Shown: positions 39,198 to 52,389 of the stretch, in pieces
Layout: each line of letters starts with the position of its first letter
Position numbering within the stretch: the stretch's first letter is position 1
NCBI RefSeq assembly: GCF_009834535.1
Contig: NC_045696.1
Span: forward strand, 85,376,001 to 85,440,000
DNA: 64,000 nucleotides
Direction of reading: 5' to 3'
Source of the DNA: Camelus ferus
Lineage: Eukaryota
Position numbers and translations under genes: made by a program
Notes under the pieces: generated by a model
The model's database searches: none
What the model was told of the DNA's origin: nothing
Seen by the model: only the letters and a program-made list of their open reading frames with translations

Positions 39198-39618
39198 TTA
39201 TTCATTCAGTAAATACTTACTGAATGCCTACATACACCAGACACTATTCTAAGTACTGAACAAACATAAAATTCTTGTTCTTATAGTTTATATTCTAGTG
39301 ATAAAAGAACAAAAAATAGTTAAACCCATATAGAAGAGAAAATAGATAAAAAATATATCCAACATAATTTCTACATAGGAATTAATTGAGGCTGACATGG
39401 TGAAGAGTAAATGACTGGCTACTTTAATTTAGGTCTTAAGGGAGGGACTCTGGTCTGTGTAATTTCTTTATGAAAAGCAAAAGCCAAGCATGGAAGGATC
39501 TAGAGAAGAGTATTCCAGGCAGAGGGAACAGCCATGGCAAAGGCTTCAGGCAGAAAAATACTTCACATGTTTGAGATCTAAAAGCCACTGTGGTTGGAAT
39601 GTCATGGATGATGCAAAC
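39198..39618 (-). mobile_element. L2a 3' fragment
   Basis: ttcattcagtaaatacttactgaatgcctac...gagtattccaggcagagggaacagc...gcaaaggc. Confidence 0.8.
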
Positions 39619-40072
39619 TGTATTAGCATCTTAGGGCTGCCATGACAAAGCACTACAAACTGGTGGGTTAAAGATAAAGAGATTTATTCTCTCACAGTTT
39701 TGAAGGCTGGAAGTCTGAAATCCGGGTGTCAGCTTGGTCTTGCTCTCCCTCAAGGCTTTTTCTAGCTTTTGATAATTGCAGGCAATCCCTGGCATTCCTT
39801 GGCTGTAGCTGCATCACTCCAGTTTCTGCCTCTATCCTCACATGACCACTTTCTGTCTGTGTGCATCTATGTCTCTGTGTTCAAACCTGCCTCTGCTTAT
39901 AAGAACACCCATCACTGGTTTTAAGGGCCACCCTAATCCACTATGACCGTATCTTAATTTCATTACATCTTCATTACATGAAGGCATTATTTTCAAATAA
40001 GGTCACATTTACATGTACCAGGAGGTAGAACTTCAACTTACCTTTTTGGAGAATACAATTCAACCAACAACA
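39619..40072 (-). mobile_element. MLT1C MaLR solo LTR
   Basis: tgtattagcatcttagggctgccatgacaaag...ggcaatccctggcattccttgg...aaataaggtcacatt...caattcaaccaacaaca; TSD (c/g)aaac. Confidence 0.9.
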
Positions 40073-40929
40073 GAAACTAATAAAAATCTGATAGGAATAA
40101 CATATGAAAACACGACTTCGATTAGGTGAATGTAAACATATTCACAGTTTTCTTTTGTGATAATGCAAAAGAAAAAAAAAACTTTTCTCTAAGTAAAACA
40201 TGTGACCACAGAGTAACACTTTTAACTGTCATCTCATGGGGACTCACTTCTATTACAGGAGATTATACTCCATACAGCTCTTTTGATAACTTAATCCTCT
40301 GATCTATCATATTTAAAAACATGCATATTCACTCTGCATATCATTAAAGGCAAGTCAAAGGCAAGGAGACAATCAGTTACATGAAGCTCTCACCAATATT
40401 CCTGTTTCTCAAGGGAGATACATGATTTTCCTGGAATTTTGCTATGCAAGCAGTCTCTTACTTGTAAATTCATAATGAGGGCACCTGGAGTGGATATTAT
40501 TATACTCAGTGTTGAGGATTCTATTCCACAGTAAGGTTCAAAGCTTGTTTCATAAAGCATGTCAAAAACCTGAGTAAAAAAAGCTATTACTCAGGCAGTT
40601 AAGATCATGTGATCCAACCCTACTTAGATCAATGCTTCTAAACTTTTTCTGCCTCCATACCATTCCCATCTGCAAGATAGTTCTGTTAAGTAAGATCTCT
40701 CATTAGAACTTAAGATTCTCGACTGGAAGGAAGAGAACAATTTTCGTATGGGGCAGGTAGGGGTGGGGAAAGAAGGGACTTGTCAGAATTTCCAGGGAGG
40801 TTTAGATGGAGGAAATCCTGTCCCCATCCTCTCTTTGATATCTCACACCCTTTTCACAGGTAAAAATCAATGATTTAAAGTAACCAGTGTATTCATCTAT
40901 TTTACTTAAGAGTGTCTACATAAAACCCA

Positions 40930-41152
40930 TAATAATAGTGACTAACATTTAGTGCTTACTATGTGTCAGAAACTGTTCTAAGTGTTTAAGTTCTTAACTT
41001 ATTTAATCCTCAGATGGACCCATGATGAGAAAACTAAGGCTCTAAGAGTTTAATTGGCTTATTCTAGGTCACACAGCTAGCAAGTGACAGACATGAGATT
41101 CAAAATCAGGCACATACCGGAGACTGTGATGTTCACCACCGTAATATTCTGC
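40930..41152 (-). mobile_element. MIR SINE
   Basis: ctaacatttagtgcttactatgtgtcag...atttaatcctca...gatgagaaaactaaggc...aggtcacacagctagcaagtgacag. Confidence 0.88.
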
Positions 41153-44100
41153 TTGCAATTACATGGGAATCTGCAATGACTAAAAACAGAAATAAATAGC
41201 CATTATTTAAATATATCATTATTAATTGCTCATGCATGAATACTTTCATATTTAGTCCATTTTGTTTTGATGAGATCAGAAGAATCTAATACTATATTCT
41301 TGTGAATATTCAACAGGCCCTTGAAGCTTTCATAGCTCTGATTTGGATGCTGTGAGCTAGGTCCGCACTTCTAGGTTCACTCATCACTTTCAAGAAGTCT
41401 TGCCTCAAAATGGTTTCTCATCCTTCCAAGTGGCAACACTTATTTGCTGTTCACTCCAGCAACTTTACTGATTGTATGTTGCTGAACAGCATCCTGATTT
41501 TTGAAGCCCACTACATCTGGAAAATGTCAACCATAACAATAAAAACAACACTAGGAGTCACCTATTTCCACCTTTTTCTAAACTTGCATCAACATACATC
41601 TGGGAAGCAGAGTAATTTAATTCATAAGCCCTATTCTCTGGCACTGCAGAGGCTCCTGTATCTGTGTGACAGTTTCCTAATTTATAAAGAAACATGGAAG
41701 TATGGTGAGAAATAAATTATAAAATATGAATATCTAAACCCTTGGCATAGTACTTGGCATATGTAAATAATCAATAAATGGCATATGTCAGTTTTATTAA
41801 CCTAAATGTCTGTCAGAAATAGGTGTTTTGGCTAAATAATTTTATTGAATGTCCACTCTTAAGGTATTCCATAAGAGGAAATAGAAGATGCTTATATTGA
41901 TTTAATATAAGCATCAATTATTTAAAAATTACTATAAATTTATTACCTATTATTTCATTTATTATTTTTGTACTTTTCTAGCACATTTATCCGTTGACAG
42001 AGCTTTTATACAACACATACCAGTGTGTGTACACCCCTCCCCCCACATATTCACGAAACCTGTTTTGACATAGGTCCTCTTACTTGGGTGCTCCTTCCCA
42101 AGTCTTAAAAATTGATAATTTTTTCCCTACCTAATGAAATTTATCTGTATTTTATCATTTCTTTCAGAACAAAGCTATTCTCTGCTTTCAGATTTGCTGC
42201 TTACCAAATCTGGTGAAAACGTTCTTGTTAATAATGTGATGGCAAAATATTCCATCACCTATTTCCAGATCCAGATAACACATAACAGTTCCAAATATAC
42301 ATATAGTGTATTGCTGGTAACCTCTTGGAGACAATGATTTCATATCCATAGTACTTTCCAGAGAAGTGATTTCAATCATAGAGATTTAAAGCCAGCAAAA
42401 AGAGGAAATGATAATAAGGTAGGATTAAAAAGGCAATTTGAAGAGGTTGTTAGGATTCTCCGGGATCCTCCAATTTTACCTTTATGAATCCTTTCACTTT
42501 AGCAATAATCGTGCCTTTACATTAATTCAATAAAAGCACTTCATACTTCAGGCATTGTCAATATAAAAAGTTTTTGGATTTTCAGTTGAAAATGACAAAG
42601 ATGTCTTAGTCATTACACACACACAAAATCACATGACTAGCATTTATTACGTGTATTCATTCTTTGAAAAAATATCATGTGAGTGCCACAGTGTTCAAGA
42701 CATCTTAAGTCACTATGGTGCTCCAGAATATAATATATTCCTCGTGGACAAGGAGTTTACAGCCCAGTTGAGAAAATGAAAGTAAAAAAAGTAAGAAAAT
42801 GAGTATAAGTACAAGTCAGCTGAGAAAAAGAAAAGTAAAAATTACTTCTTTACCCACACAAGTTGATTTGTGTAGGCAAATACTAAATTATCTGAAACAC
42901 ATTAGAAGGGCTCTGGATAGCTATCAGTTCCCCAGTTTGATATATCCAAATCCCAGTCCTGTTCCGTGCATATGAAAGCCCATTTTGCCTGTATCCTACA
43001 GTTCTAGTCTTCCATTCATGTTTCCTCCAAGTGTCTGGCCTTTTTGCTTTCTATCCTTCTAACACCAACTGGATCATCAAGACAATTCTAAATTCTGATC
43101 TTCCCTTTTCTGATCTTTATATTTTCAATTGAATCTCAAAAAGCCACACGCACTTTTTCATGACGAGGCAGTTATTTTATTAGTCTTGCTTCGTTAAACA
43201 GATGCAAACTCCTTGAAGGTAGGAAGAGTGTCTCTATATTTTAAAATAAAGCTGAGAACATCTTAACAAGTATGTGCATACAGTAAAATTCTGATAAACA
43301 CATTAATGGAAGAGAAAAGATCAAAGGGCAGCATTTCTTTTACCATCCACATTTTTCCTTATGACTGTTAAGCTTTAATTAACTTTAAAGTTATGCTTCA
43401 ATATTTTATTTTTCCTGTTAGTAGCACCCAAAATTCACTCAAAATATTAAGGCTAGATATTTTGGGTTCTCATGAATTATTTCTAAAGTAGAATTATAGT
43501 GTTATTGGTATGTGACTGAATGATGTAAAATTATATAGCTTGAAGCATATAAGCATAAATAAAAATGACACACATCCATAGGAATATACATGATTCAGTC
43601 AATATCCAAGTAGTACCCTAGACCCTACAAATAATACTGATGGTCACGAAGCAGCATTCGTGATATGTCACACATCAGCGAAAATGACTGCAATCAGAAT
43701 ACCACGCAGTTCAGTTGGCTCTGATCAGATGATGACTATGACTAGCTAAGTTTCAACAGATTTCAGTGGATGGCCTTAGACAAAGGCTGCCGCCACCCGC
43801 ATTTTCACATGTAACTAGAACACATTCATGTTGTGTAATATTTTCATTTTGTAGCTTTAATTCTGCAAATGATATTTTAATAGAGGACTGTTCCATTAGT
43901 AAACAGACTGGTCTTGCTGACACATCTTTCCTTTTAAAATATACTTTGGCTGAATTCTAACCAAACCATTTTGAATGCAAAAGGGATGCTTTTCAAGCCA
44001 GATGGTTTATCTAATAGGAATGTTTTCTGATTAGAGAAACAGCAGTAGACTCATGATCACAGCAGGTGCCAAACTGGTCCTGTAGTTTACATGAATTTGC

Positions 44101-44509
44101 AACTGAACAAGTCATGAACTAAAGGGATTCTATTTTATAATGTGCCACAATCTATTCAGAGAGGAAAGGAGAATGTAAAAGATGCTACCATATCAGATGC
44201 AGTTCATTTATCATTTCTTGATATGAATGTGGCCATTACTGCATTTGTGATAACAAAATGTATTTGTATACTAAATTTCTTGAGCATATTGTGGAGACTA
44301 TTAATAAAATTTCAAAATCATAAGAATTTGCAGAGTATTCTATGATGGTTGCAATAATCCAAAATATAATTTTTAATCTAAATAATTAAGAGTCTTTTTA
44401 TTTTAAAAGTATCACTGTTTTTCTTTCTCATTGTCCTTATTCCTTGCACCTGTATTTTCCCTTTGTTTCGATAAGAACTTTTTCCATGTACTGGTAATCA
44501 GCGAAGCAG

Positions 44510-44717
44510 AATATTATTGGCTGGTAGGCCCAGTTGTGCCCAAGTGCGCATGCGAGAGAACCTCCTACGTCCCACAGGCATGGCATGGGGATGCAGGTTC
44601 CTGAACAATGGCATTATTGCCTGTTAAGATAGTATAAGTTGCTTCTGGGTGCTGACATGACTACTGGGGACACAAAAGGCAGTGAGCACACAGACCCACA
44701 CTCTGACTCAGGTATGT
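44510..44717 (+). promoter_or_regulatory. Candidate promoter/enhancer: CCAAT, NRF1-like palindrome, AP-1, downstream 5' splice site
   Basis: ATTGG 44516-44520, TGCGCATGCG 44545-44554, TGACTCA 44704-44710, CAG|GTATGT at 44711/44712; motif matches only. Confidence 0.3.
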
Positions 44718-46560
44718 CTCGTTCCCAGTGGTTTGCTAAGAGAACCTAACACCGAAGCACCTGAGTGAGGTGTAAGAGGCCAAGTGTTTCGTCACATCCA
44801 CCCATCTACTTTCTTACCTCATTTACAGCATCCACTCTGTTTAGCTGCTGCTTTGGAAGAAAATCAAAGTAAAGTAACCTAGAATTGAGTCCAAGTCATC
44901 ATTCTCAGTCATCCTCACCCCAGGCAAATCCCATAATCTGTTCTAGAACAGTTGGTTAAACAGTAGAGACTGTGGGTACCTGGAACTTGTTCAAATCAGA
45001 GCTGCATTACCAGAATAATCATAATTTCCTAATTATTTTAGCAATTCCGTAATTTTTAACAATATAATTATCTAAATTAATCCTCTCTAAAGATATTAAG
45101 CAAGGGTCAAAATATGTCTAAGTTTATGTTAAAATTTGAGAACCTATTTTTGAAATAAAATGATCTGGCAAGTTTTTTTTTTTTATACATATGGATCTCA
45201 CATTATAGGAATCTTCACTACAGCAAATTCCTGTACCTTGTATCATTTCCTATAATCAAACTCCTTTAGAATTTAGGACTACTTATTATTCTTACCACTT
45301 GTTTTGGCAATTATTCCCACCCCAGACTTGAAATCCTATACTACATAACTATTTGATGTAGAAACTTTTGGTTTTTTCAGGTTGGCTGTAAGTATTAACA
45401 GTACAAACAACATATCATCCATATTCTGTTCAATTCATTCATAATTCTGTATTATGCAAAACTGACTATTAATGTGCTTATTTTATTAAATTTGTTAGGT
45501 TGCTTAAAGGAGGAAGAATTCTGTTGAAATAGAGGGACTTGCTTTTGACTCTGCTCAAGTTCTAGAAGTCTGCAATAAAAACTGTTCCAGCACTAAGTAA
45601 TATTATAGCATCTTAAATCCTTGCCTTACTGAATGAATGAAGTGACCCATAACCTGCACTTCTTTTCTTTTAAAATGGTTTCATCTCTTCTGTGGCTTAA
45701 TGTTTCTCAAACAGAATAAAGGTGTACAAATGTATTCTAATAATCTATAAGTTCTCACTGAGAATAGTTTAATTTTCCTCTTCATTTTAAGAGTATTCTA
45801 ATAATTCAGATTACAATACTCTAATGTTTTATATATATATATATATATATGTATATATAAAAGCACATACCAGGTCACCTGGAAGATCACTATAAACAAG
45901 GGCTGCCATGGGATTCCAGGGCCTGCACTGCATATCAGTTTAGAAATGAGTCGGTATCATGAGGGAATGGATGATTGGTCCTGAGAAAATGAGAAAAAGA
46001 ACACAGGTAGTTTTAGAGCCACAATTTTATGATCTTTCTCCATTTATGATATGCTTACTTAAGAAGTCAAGCCCAAAATGATGCCAACTTTTTCTGTTCC
46101 AATAAAGTTTTCATAGTAATGTGAATGGAGAAAAACAGAGGGAGAACTGAGTCACCACGTGGAGTGCAGTAGGGCCCACGTGCCAAACTCAAAAGACCCT
46201 ATGTCACATCAGGTAGTGCCATATTCATCCTCCAAACACTGATTTAGTTTCTGCAAAATAACATCAACATTAATTCCATTCGATGGTAATTCAATTTTTA
46301 ATACTTTAATTATGTCTTGGAATAAACTAAAGCTATATGTAAAGGGTGTATATCTAGTTATATGTTTATTCAGATATATAATAAAAGTGATTTAAGCCAT
46401 TAATCATGGTCTAGAAATATACTTTTCATCCTTTGAGGGGATTATTTGCATTTCTCAAGTGTAAGAAATGCCAACTATGGCCTATGTGTACTCTTTATAG
46501 TTTCTGGGCATTTATTACAGTGATGAGGCAGGACACAAGGACACAAGGGTCAATTCAGTT

Positions 46561-46778
46561 CAGGAGTGAGCAAATGTTTTCTGTAAAGAGCCAGATAGTA
46601 CATATTTTAGTCTTTAGAGTACATATCATCTCTGTTGCAGCTACTCTACCGTTATAGCAAAAGAAGCAGCCATAGACAAAAAGGACATGAATGGACCAAT
46701 GTGCCCCAACAAAACTTTATTTACAAAACCAGGCATTGGGACAGATTGAGTCTATGAGCTGTAGTTTGTTCACCCTCA
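46561..46778. mobile_element. MER58A (hAT-Charlie MITE)
   Basis: caggagtgagcaaatgttttctgtaaagagccagatagt...gcagccatagaca...aaaactttatttacaaaa...gtagtttgttcaccc; degenerate 8-bp TSD attcagtt/aattagtt. Confidence 0.9.
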
Positions 46779-48329
46779 AATTAGTTTAGCGGCCTCAGGA
46801 TATGGTATTAATAATATATTTCAAGGACAAATTACCTATTATCGCAGCTTCTCAAAAGGGGAACCTAGTACCACTAGCATAGTTCTCCAAAAGAAAACTG
46901 AAAACCACACAAAATGTTCCAGTTGTTTCTTACTTTAACCTAGAAATGGCTTATTATTTAGAAAGGTTGAACAATTCCACCTGAAGTAAAAAAGATAAGC
47001 TTTGCATAGCTTAAAAAATTTGACCACAGCATAAATTAGCTATTTATACCTATTAAATAACTATTTTATAGTAGCTAATAACTAAATAGCTATTTATACC
47101 TATTAAATATTTAAAAAGAAATGATCACCATTACTAAAGCCAGCATTTCATTTTCCTCTCTTCAATATAAATTTTAAGAAAGTTTCAGGATTATGTTCTT
47201 ATGAATGTGCCTACTTCTTGGAAGAAACAATGTGGTAAGGTAACAAACCAGCTTTCCAATGTCATCACAGATGTGTCTAATGCATTCTAAGTACCTTGGG
47301 TTCTGGACCACGCATTTCACATCTTTTGAACAATGATTACCTTCAGAGAGAATAAATGCACATCAAGTACTTTCCTTTTTTGCTAACTGAAAGCTATTAA
47401 TTGAAAAGCAATACACAAATAACCAAGGAAAGTAAATAATTTTAAAAAATAGGTTTTGATATTAAATGACTAATCTAAATATGCTATGAAAATCTGATCA
47501 ATTCTTTTAGCAAAATAGGAAATTTTCTACTCATGATACATCTATGTAATTATAAGAAAATTCTAATATTTTGAAGAAATCCAATGAATGAAATATATCA
47601 TTACAATTTAAGCAATTTTATAGTAAAGTTAGTTTGTTGTGTTTACTAACGTACATGATCATATTGTTTACAAAATAGACAAAAAATAGCAAATAATTTC
47701 CATCAAGGTCTAAAAATTATTATGTCCATCCAGTTAAATTGTGATGTTTAACTTCTCTATTTTTTAAATTTTTTGCAGAAGACTGTAATTTTCTGATATG
47801 TCATAATCATTTTTCTTTATTTCCTCTACTGTTCCCTTACTCTGTTTATTCCTTCATTCATCTTTCTCCTCTGTTAAGTCATTTATTTATTCATTCTTCT
47901 TTGATTCATTTCATTGTCCAACTTTTTAAATCATTTTACATTGAATTAAGCCTTAAGGGTATTTTTGTGGTCATTGTGTTTCTGGTATGTTGCAACTGAT
48001 GACTGACATAGAAAGCAATCATGGATAGAGTGTTCAATGGCATAATAACAGCTGGAGAATCTAACCTTATTGGGGAAGGATGTGAAGGGTGTCAGGCTTC
48101 CAGTCTCACTGGCCTACTATTTAAAATAAGTAACCTTAAAAGACATGACTTCTCTTTGAAAACATTTAATAATACAGAAGTGTCTAAAGTGAAAGTAAAT
48201 TTTTCATACCTATCCCTCCAAGCTCTTATACACTAGTTATAATCTGAGTACACTGATGTGTACAATTCAGAATTTGTACATTCAAGTATTTATATGTAGG
48301 TACATGTATATATGAGTGTACATTTGCGT

Positions 48330-48950
48330 GTATGGGAAAAATACACAATATTACCTTTATTTTTACAAAATTAAACCTATGTATATTGCTCTGCAATTAG
48401 CTTTTTTCTCTACTTCACGAACATAATGGCATAACTTGCACATCAGTGCATCTTATTTTTATAGCAGCCAGCTACTCCAAACTGTAAATATACCTCTCTT
48501 TATTAACCTATTCCCATATAAATAGAATATAAGATGATTTCATTTTCTTTCTTTCCTAAGAATGATACAATAATAAAGAGCTAAGTGGGAGAATTTCTAT
48601 AGAAGTAAATCCTGCAAGTGGAATTTTTGACTCAAAGTGTTTGCGTATTTCAAATGTTGGTATTAGAAGGTACTTTGTCTTTCAACTTACTTTTCCATCA
48701 ACTATGTATGTTCTCCCACACTGTCATATTCATTAATCATTGCTTTAAAAGAAAAAAGTAAACTCAATAGCAAAATTTTGAATTGTATTGTTTTCAAATC
48801 CATTTCCTTATCACCAAAATGTTTGATTTTTTTCATATGATTTTTGCTGTTATTTCTTCTCCTATGAATTACTTTAACTTTCTTTGTTCATTGCTCTGCT
48901 ATGTTTTTTAAATATTTTCTCACTGATTTCATAATTTAATATATAATTAC
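48330..48950 (-). mobile_element. L1ME-like 3' fragment
   Basis: atattgctctgcaattagctttttt...cctgcaagtggaatttttgactcaaag...catttccttatcacc. Confidence 0.6.
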
Positions 48951-49212
48951 CTTTAATCCATAGTTTACTATACTATGTTGACTGTCAATAGCAACTAATT
49001 ATGGCTGCAGTTATCCATAAATAACTTTAAAAATAATTATATATTGTTATATTTGTCATGATTTTATATTGTTTCCAGGCTATATCTCTTGAATAGGATA
49101 GTATATTAAGTCCAGATAATAAAACATTCTATTAATATTTTCCTAATATTTTGCATACAATTATTCTGATCTATTTAATGAGTTTGGAGTACATTTATTT
49201 TATTGTTGCATA

Positions 49213-49585
49213 TTATATATATATATATATGGAGAGAGAGAGATTGATGATTGATTGACTTACTTTAAGAAACTGGCTTACGTGATAGTTGAAGTTCAGC
49301 AAAATCTGTTGGGTAGGCTGGTTGGCAGGAGACCTAGGGAAGTTGCAGGTTGAGTCCAAAGGTGGTCTGTGGGTATAATTCCTCCTTTTGGGGAGTTCAG
49401 GTTTTTTTTCTAATAAGTTGATTCAGTTGATTGTATGGGGCCTGCCCACATTATGGAGAGTAATCTGCTTTACTCAAAACTTTACTCATCTAAAAACACC
49501 TTCACAGAAACATCTAGAATAACTTTTGAGCAAATATTTGGGTGTCATGGCCTAACCAAGTCAACACATAACGTTAAACATCACA
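49213..49585 (-). mobile_element. MLT2 (ERVL) LTR, C/D-like
   Basis: (TA)n(GA)n then ttaagaaactggcttacgtgat...cccacattatggagagtaatctgctttactcaaa...catggcctaaccaagtcaacacataacgttaaacatcaca. Confidence 0.88.
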
Positions 49586-49934
49586 ATTATGTTAAGATTT
49601 AACGGCTGTCCATATGAGTGAATTATCACAGCTCTATTTGTAGAACCCAGGGTAGGAAGCTGTAGAGCTGCTCCCAGCGGTTTTGGACTGAGTAAACCCC
49701 TAGTGTTCTTGGGTCTTTCATGTGCAAAGAGATGTAAAGAAGGATTCCACCCATTTAATTATAAAAGGCAGGTGTGGCTTCAGCTCGTAAATAAAAAGAA
49801 CAACAACAATAAGAATTATGCTTCACTTCCTGAGGGGTAAGTATCTCCATGTATTATTTGGAATTCTATGAAAAATATTTGTCACTTCTCCCTTATTTAA
49901 ATAACTTTTATATTTACTTTTTTTTTCTTTCTTT

Positions 49935-50069
49935 GTTAACTTCTTAAAATTCCTCCAGAAATATCATCAATCAAGCAAAGCTGAGTTTATGAGATCTTAC
50001 GCAGTAAGGAAGAATAGCACTTCAGTAGAGTACAGGTGTGGTGACTTAGACAGGGAGAGCCGGCGGAGG

Positions 50070-50106
<37 letters not shown>

Positions 50107-50449
50107 GGGGTTATCAGGTTTTAGCTCCTGAGCCGAACGATTTTAAAGTGAGTCTTTCCAGGAGGGAAACTGGCTGGGATTTGGTAGGATTTAAAAAATT
50201 ATAGTTTTGGATTGATGGGCACCATGAAATGAGTGTCTTGAAATGAGTATTGTTAAGCTATTAGTCTTGATTAAAAAGCTGTTTTAGCTGGTTCACAGTC
50301 TTATCTTTGAAGAGCAAGAATTTCCTAGAGCAAGTAACTGACTTATTTTTTCTTGTTCTCTGTATTGTTCTATTGAGGGACACGAAAATATGCTTAGATC
50401 CAGTTTTATTTAACACAATGACCACAAATTGTGTCAGCTTTGGTTCTCA
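49935..50449 (-). mobile_element. ERV1 LTR, MER90/MER110-like, containing a 35-nt G run
   Basis: atcaagcaaagctgagtttat...gcagtaaggaagaatagcac...gcaagaatttcctagagcaag...tggttctca; related to 30575-31063. Confidence 0.7.
50071..50105. repeat. Poly-G homopolymer (35 nt)
   Basis: Seen directly. Confidence 0.95.
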
Positions 50450-50469
50450 TTTTTTTCATTCATTTTGTT

Positions 50470-50945
50470 GTTTTGCTAGATTCTTGAGGTGAATGCAAAT
50501 TTCACTTGTTATCATGCTTTTTTTAAAAAAGCATTTAATGCTATACATTTTCTTTTGAGTATGATTTTAATATGTGATATGGTATGTAGTGAGATTCTAT
50601 AATCTATAATTTCAGTTTTGATTTCCTCTTTAACACAAATAATTGAGAAAAGTATTTTTATTTTCAAAACATTAATTCATTTTGGTTATTTTTGCTTTTA
50701 ATTTCTAATTTTATTCTATTGTCTTCCATTATTGTAAAATATACAAATCTTTCTTGCATTTTATTGATTTTTTTTAACTAATATAAGTATTTTGGAAAAA
50801 CTTCTATGTTCTTTGTTTACTGAAAAAAATTTAATCTATTAATTTGTGAAAATCTATTTCTGATAGTTTAGCTTTATATACTTTGTAGCTGTGTTTTTCA
50901 GTACCTACACGCTTATGATGGCTAATCTTCCTGATAGACTGTACA
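50470..50945 (-). mobile_element. Old L1M fragment
   Basis: aagcatttaatgctatacattttctttt...aatttcagttttgatttcctctttaac...taatttctaattttatt. Confidence 0.6.
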
Positions 50946-51582
50946 TCTTGCCTTTTGGATCCAGTATTGCTCCTCCAGCTCCGTACTTCACCTTTGCTAA
51001 CTAGCTCACCACTGCTTGTACTTAGGGTCCCAGATGGACTCTCAGGAAAACAGCTCCTTTGTCTTTTGGTATTCAGCCTCTAATTTTCCATCTGCATGTA
51101 CTCAGAATTCTCCTCAGGACAAGCTGTTGTTTTCTAGAACAGTCAAGTCTCATCCTATTAACAAAAAAAAAAAATCAGAAAATGTCAGTCTTCAGAGATG
51201 TACTACAGTGACCATATTTTTCATTATTAAACAGAACATATTTACTGCTTTTAATTAAGGGTCTGAAATAACTTTTCTGATATGGAGTTTGGTTTTTTAT
51301 TTACAAAGTTAAATGATTCAGTCAAGTGATATTTTTTCTGGAATAAAATAATCTGTCTTAAAAATATGGCTGTTTATTTCAAAACAGAAGCTCACTTTGA
51401 AACATCACTAGAGTTATTGCAGGTTCTGCTCCCTCCTTCAAGATTTCAAGATTCTAGGGGCTACATCAAAGTTCAACTGCAAAGCAAACAGGCATATACT
51501 CCCAGAAATCTCTGCAAGAAAGCTGTCCACAGCTTTACCTAAGCCCAGGGGAGAAACTTAATATAATAAATGAGGTCAGTCA

Positions 51583-51812
51583 TTAGAGGCAGGTGGCACC
51601 TGGTTGAGTCCTTATTGTTCTGCCATTTACTGTGAGACCTTGAGCATTTTACTAAATTTCTTTACAACTAAATTTACTTGAATACAAAATAAGACTAATA
51701 CTAGAATTTGTCTTATACCACTGTTGCCAGGATTAAATGAGATAAAATCTGGAATGTGTTTTGCAAGAGCTTGGCACAGAGTGAGGGCTCAATACACGAT
51801 AGCTATTATTAG
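51583..51812 (+). mobile_element. MIR SINE
   Basis: ttctgccatttactgtgagaccttgagca...aggattaaatgagataa...cttggcacagagtgagggctcaatacacgatagctattatt. Confidence 0.85.
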
Positions 51813-52258
51813 TAATGGAAGCTCAATCCTGAGATAATAAATATATGCATGGCTTGCATACATTGTTTCAGGGATCATTACCTTTCCCCTAGGCAGAGAT
51901 CACTGTTACACCTAGAAGCAAGGGCCAAGGACCCATCAGAATCTGGGAAAGTACATGGAGTAACAGAAGACAGGGTACAGGAAGCTGAGTGATCCACTTA
52001 ATTCTGATGGATGACATGTGTCTGGCCTAAGGCTATTTTTAACAGACCAGCAAAACCGCGGCAGATCTTACTCTGTAGCCTCTTAAAAGCACTGCCAGCA
52101 CCTGCCAGGCTCCGGGACCAATAGGAACTTTGTGTAAAGGTATTTGTTATCCTTACTGGTGAAGGATTGCTCTTTAATTATCACTTAAATCCCTTGTCAT
52201 GTTATTTAATAATATGCTTAATTCTCATTATCCATCTACCATTATAATTGCAAACAGT

Positions 52259-52284
52259 ACTATATATATATAGATACATACATA

Positions 52285-52316
<32 letters not shown>

Positions 52317-52347
52317 ATATATAATATATATATTATATATATATATA
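52259..52347. repeat. (TA)n/(TG)n low-complexity tract
   Basis: Seen directly. Confidence 0.9.
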
Positions 52348-52389
52348 GTGCTAGATACTCATTTTCTTTGTTATACTCCTTAAGTTTCT

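Noticed and set aside
40629..40874. Possible hAT MITE with degenerate TIRs
   Set aside because: TIR/TSD too degenerate and family not recognised
42192..42418. Exon-like segment containing HRDLKP (42377-42394), a kinase catalytic-loop motif
   Set aside because: In-frame stop shortly upstream, no following N, no DFG/APE, other frames closed; likely chance
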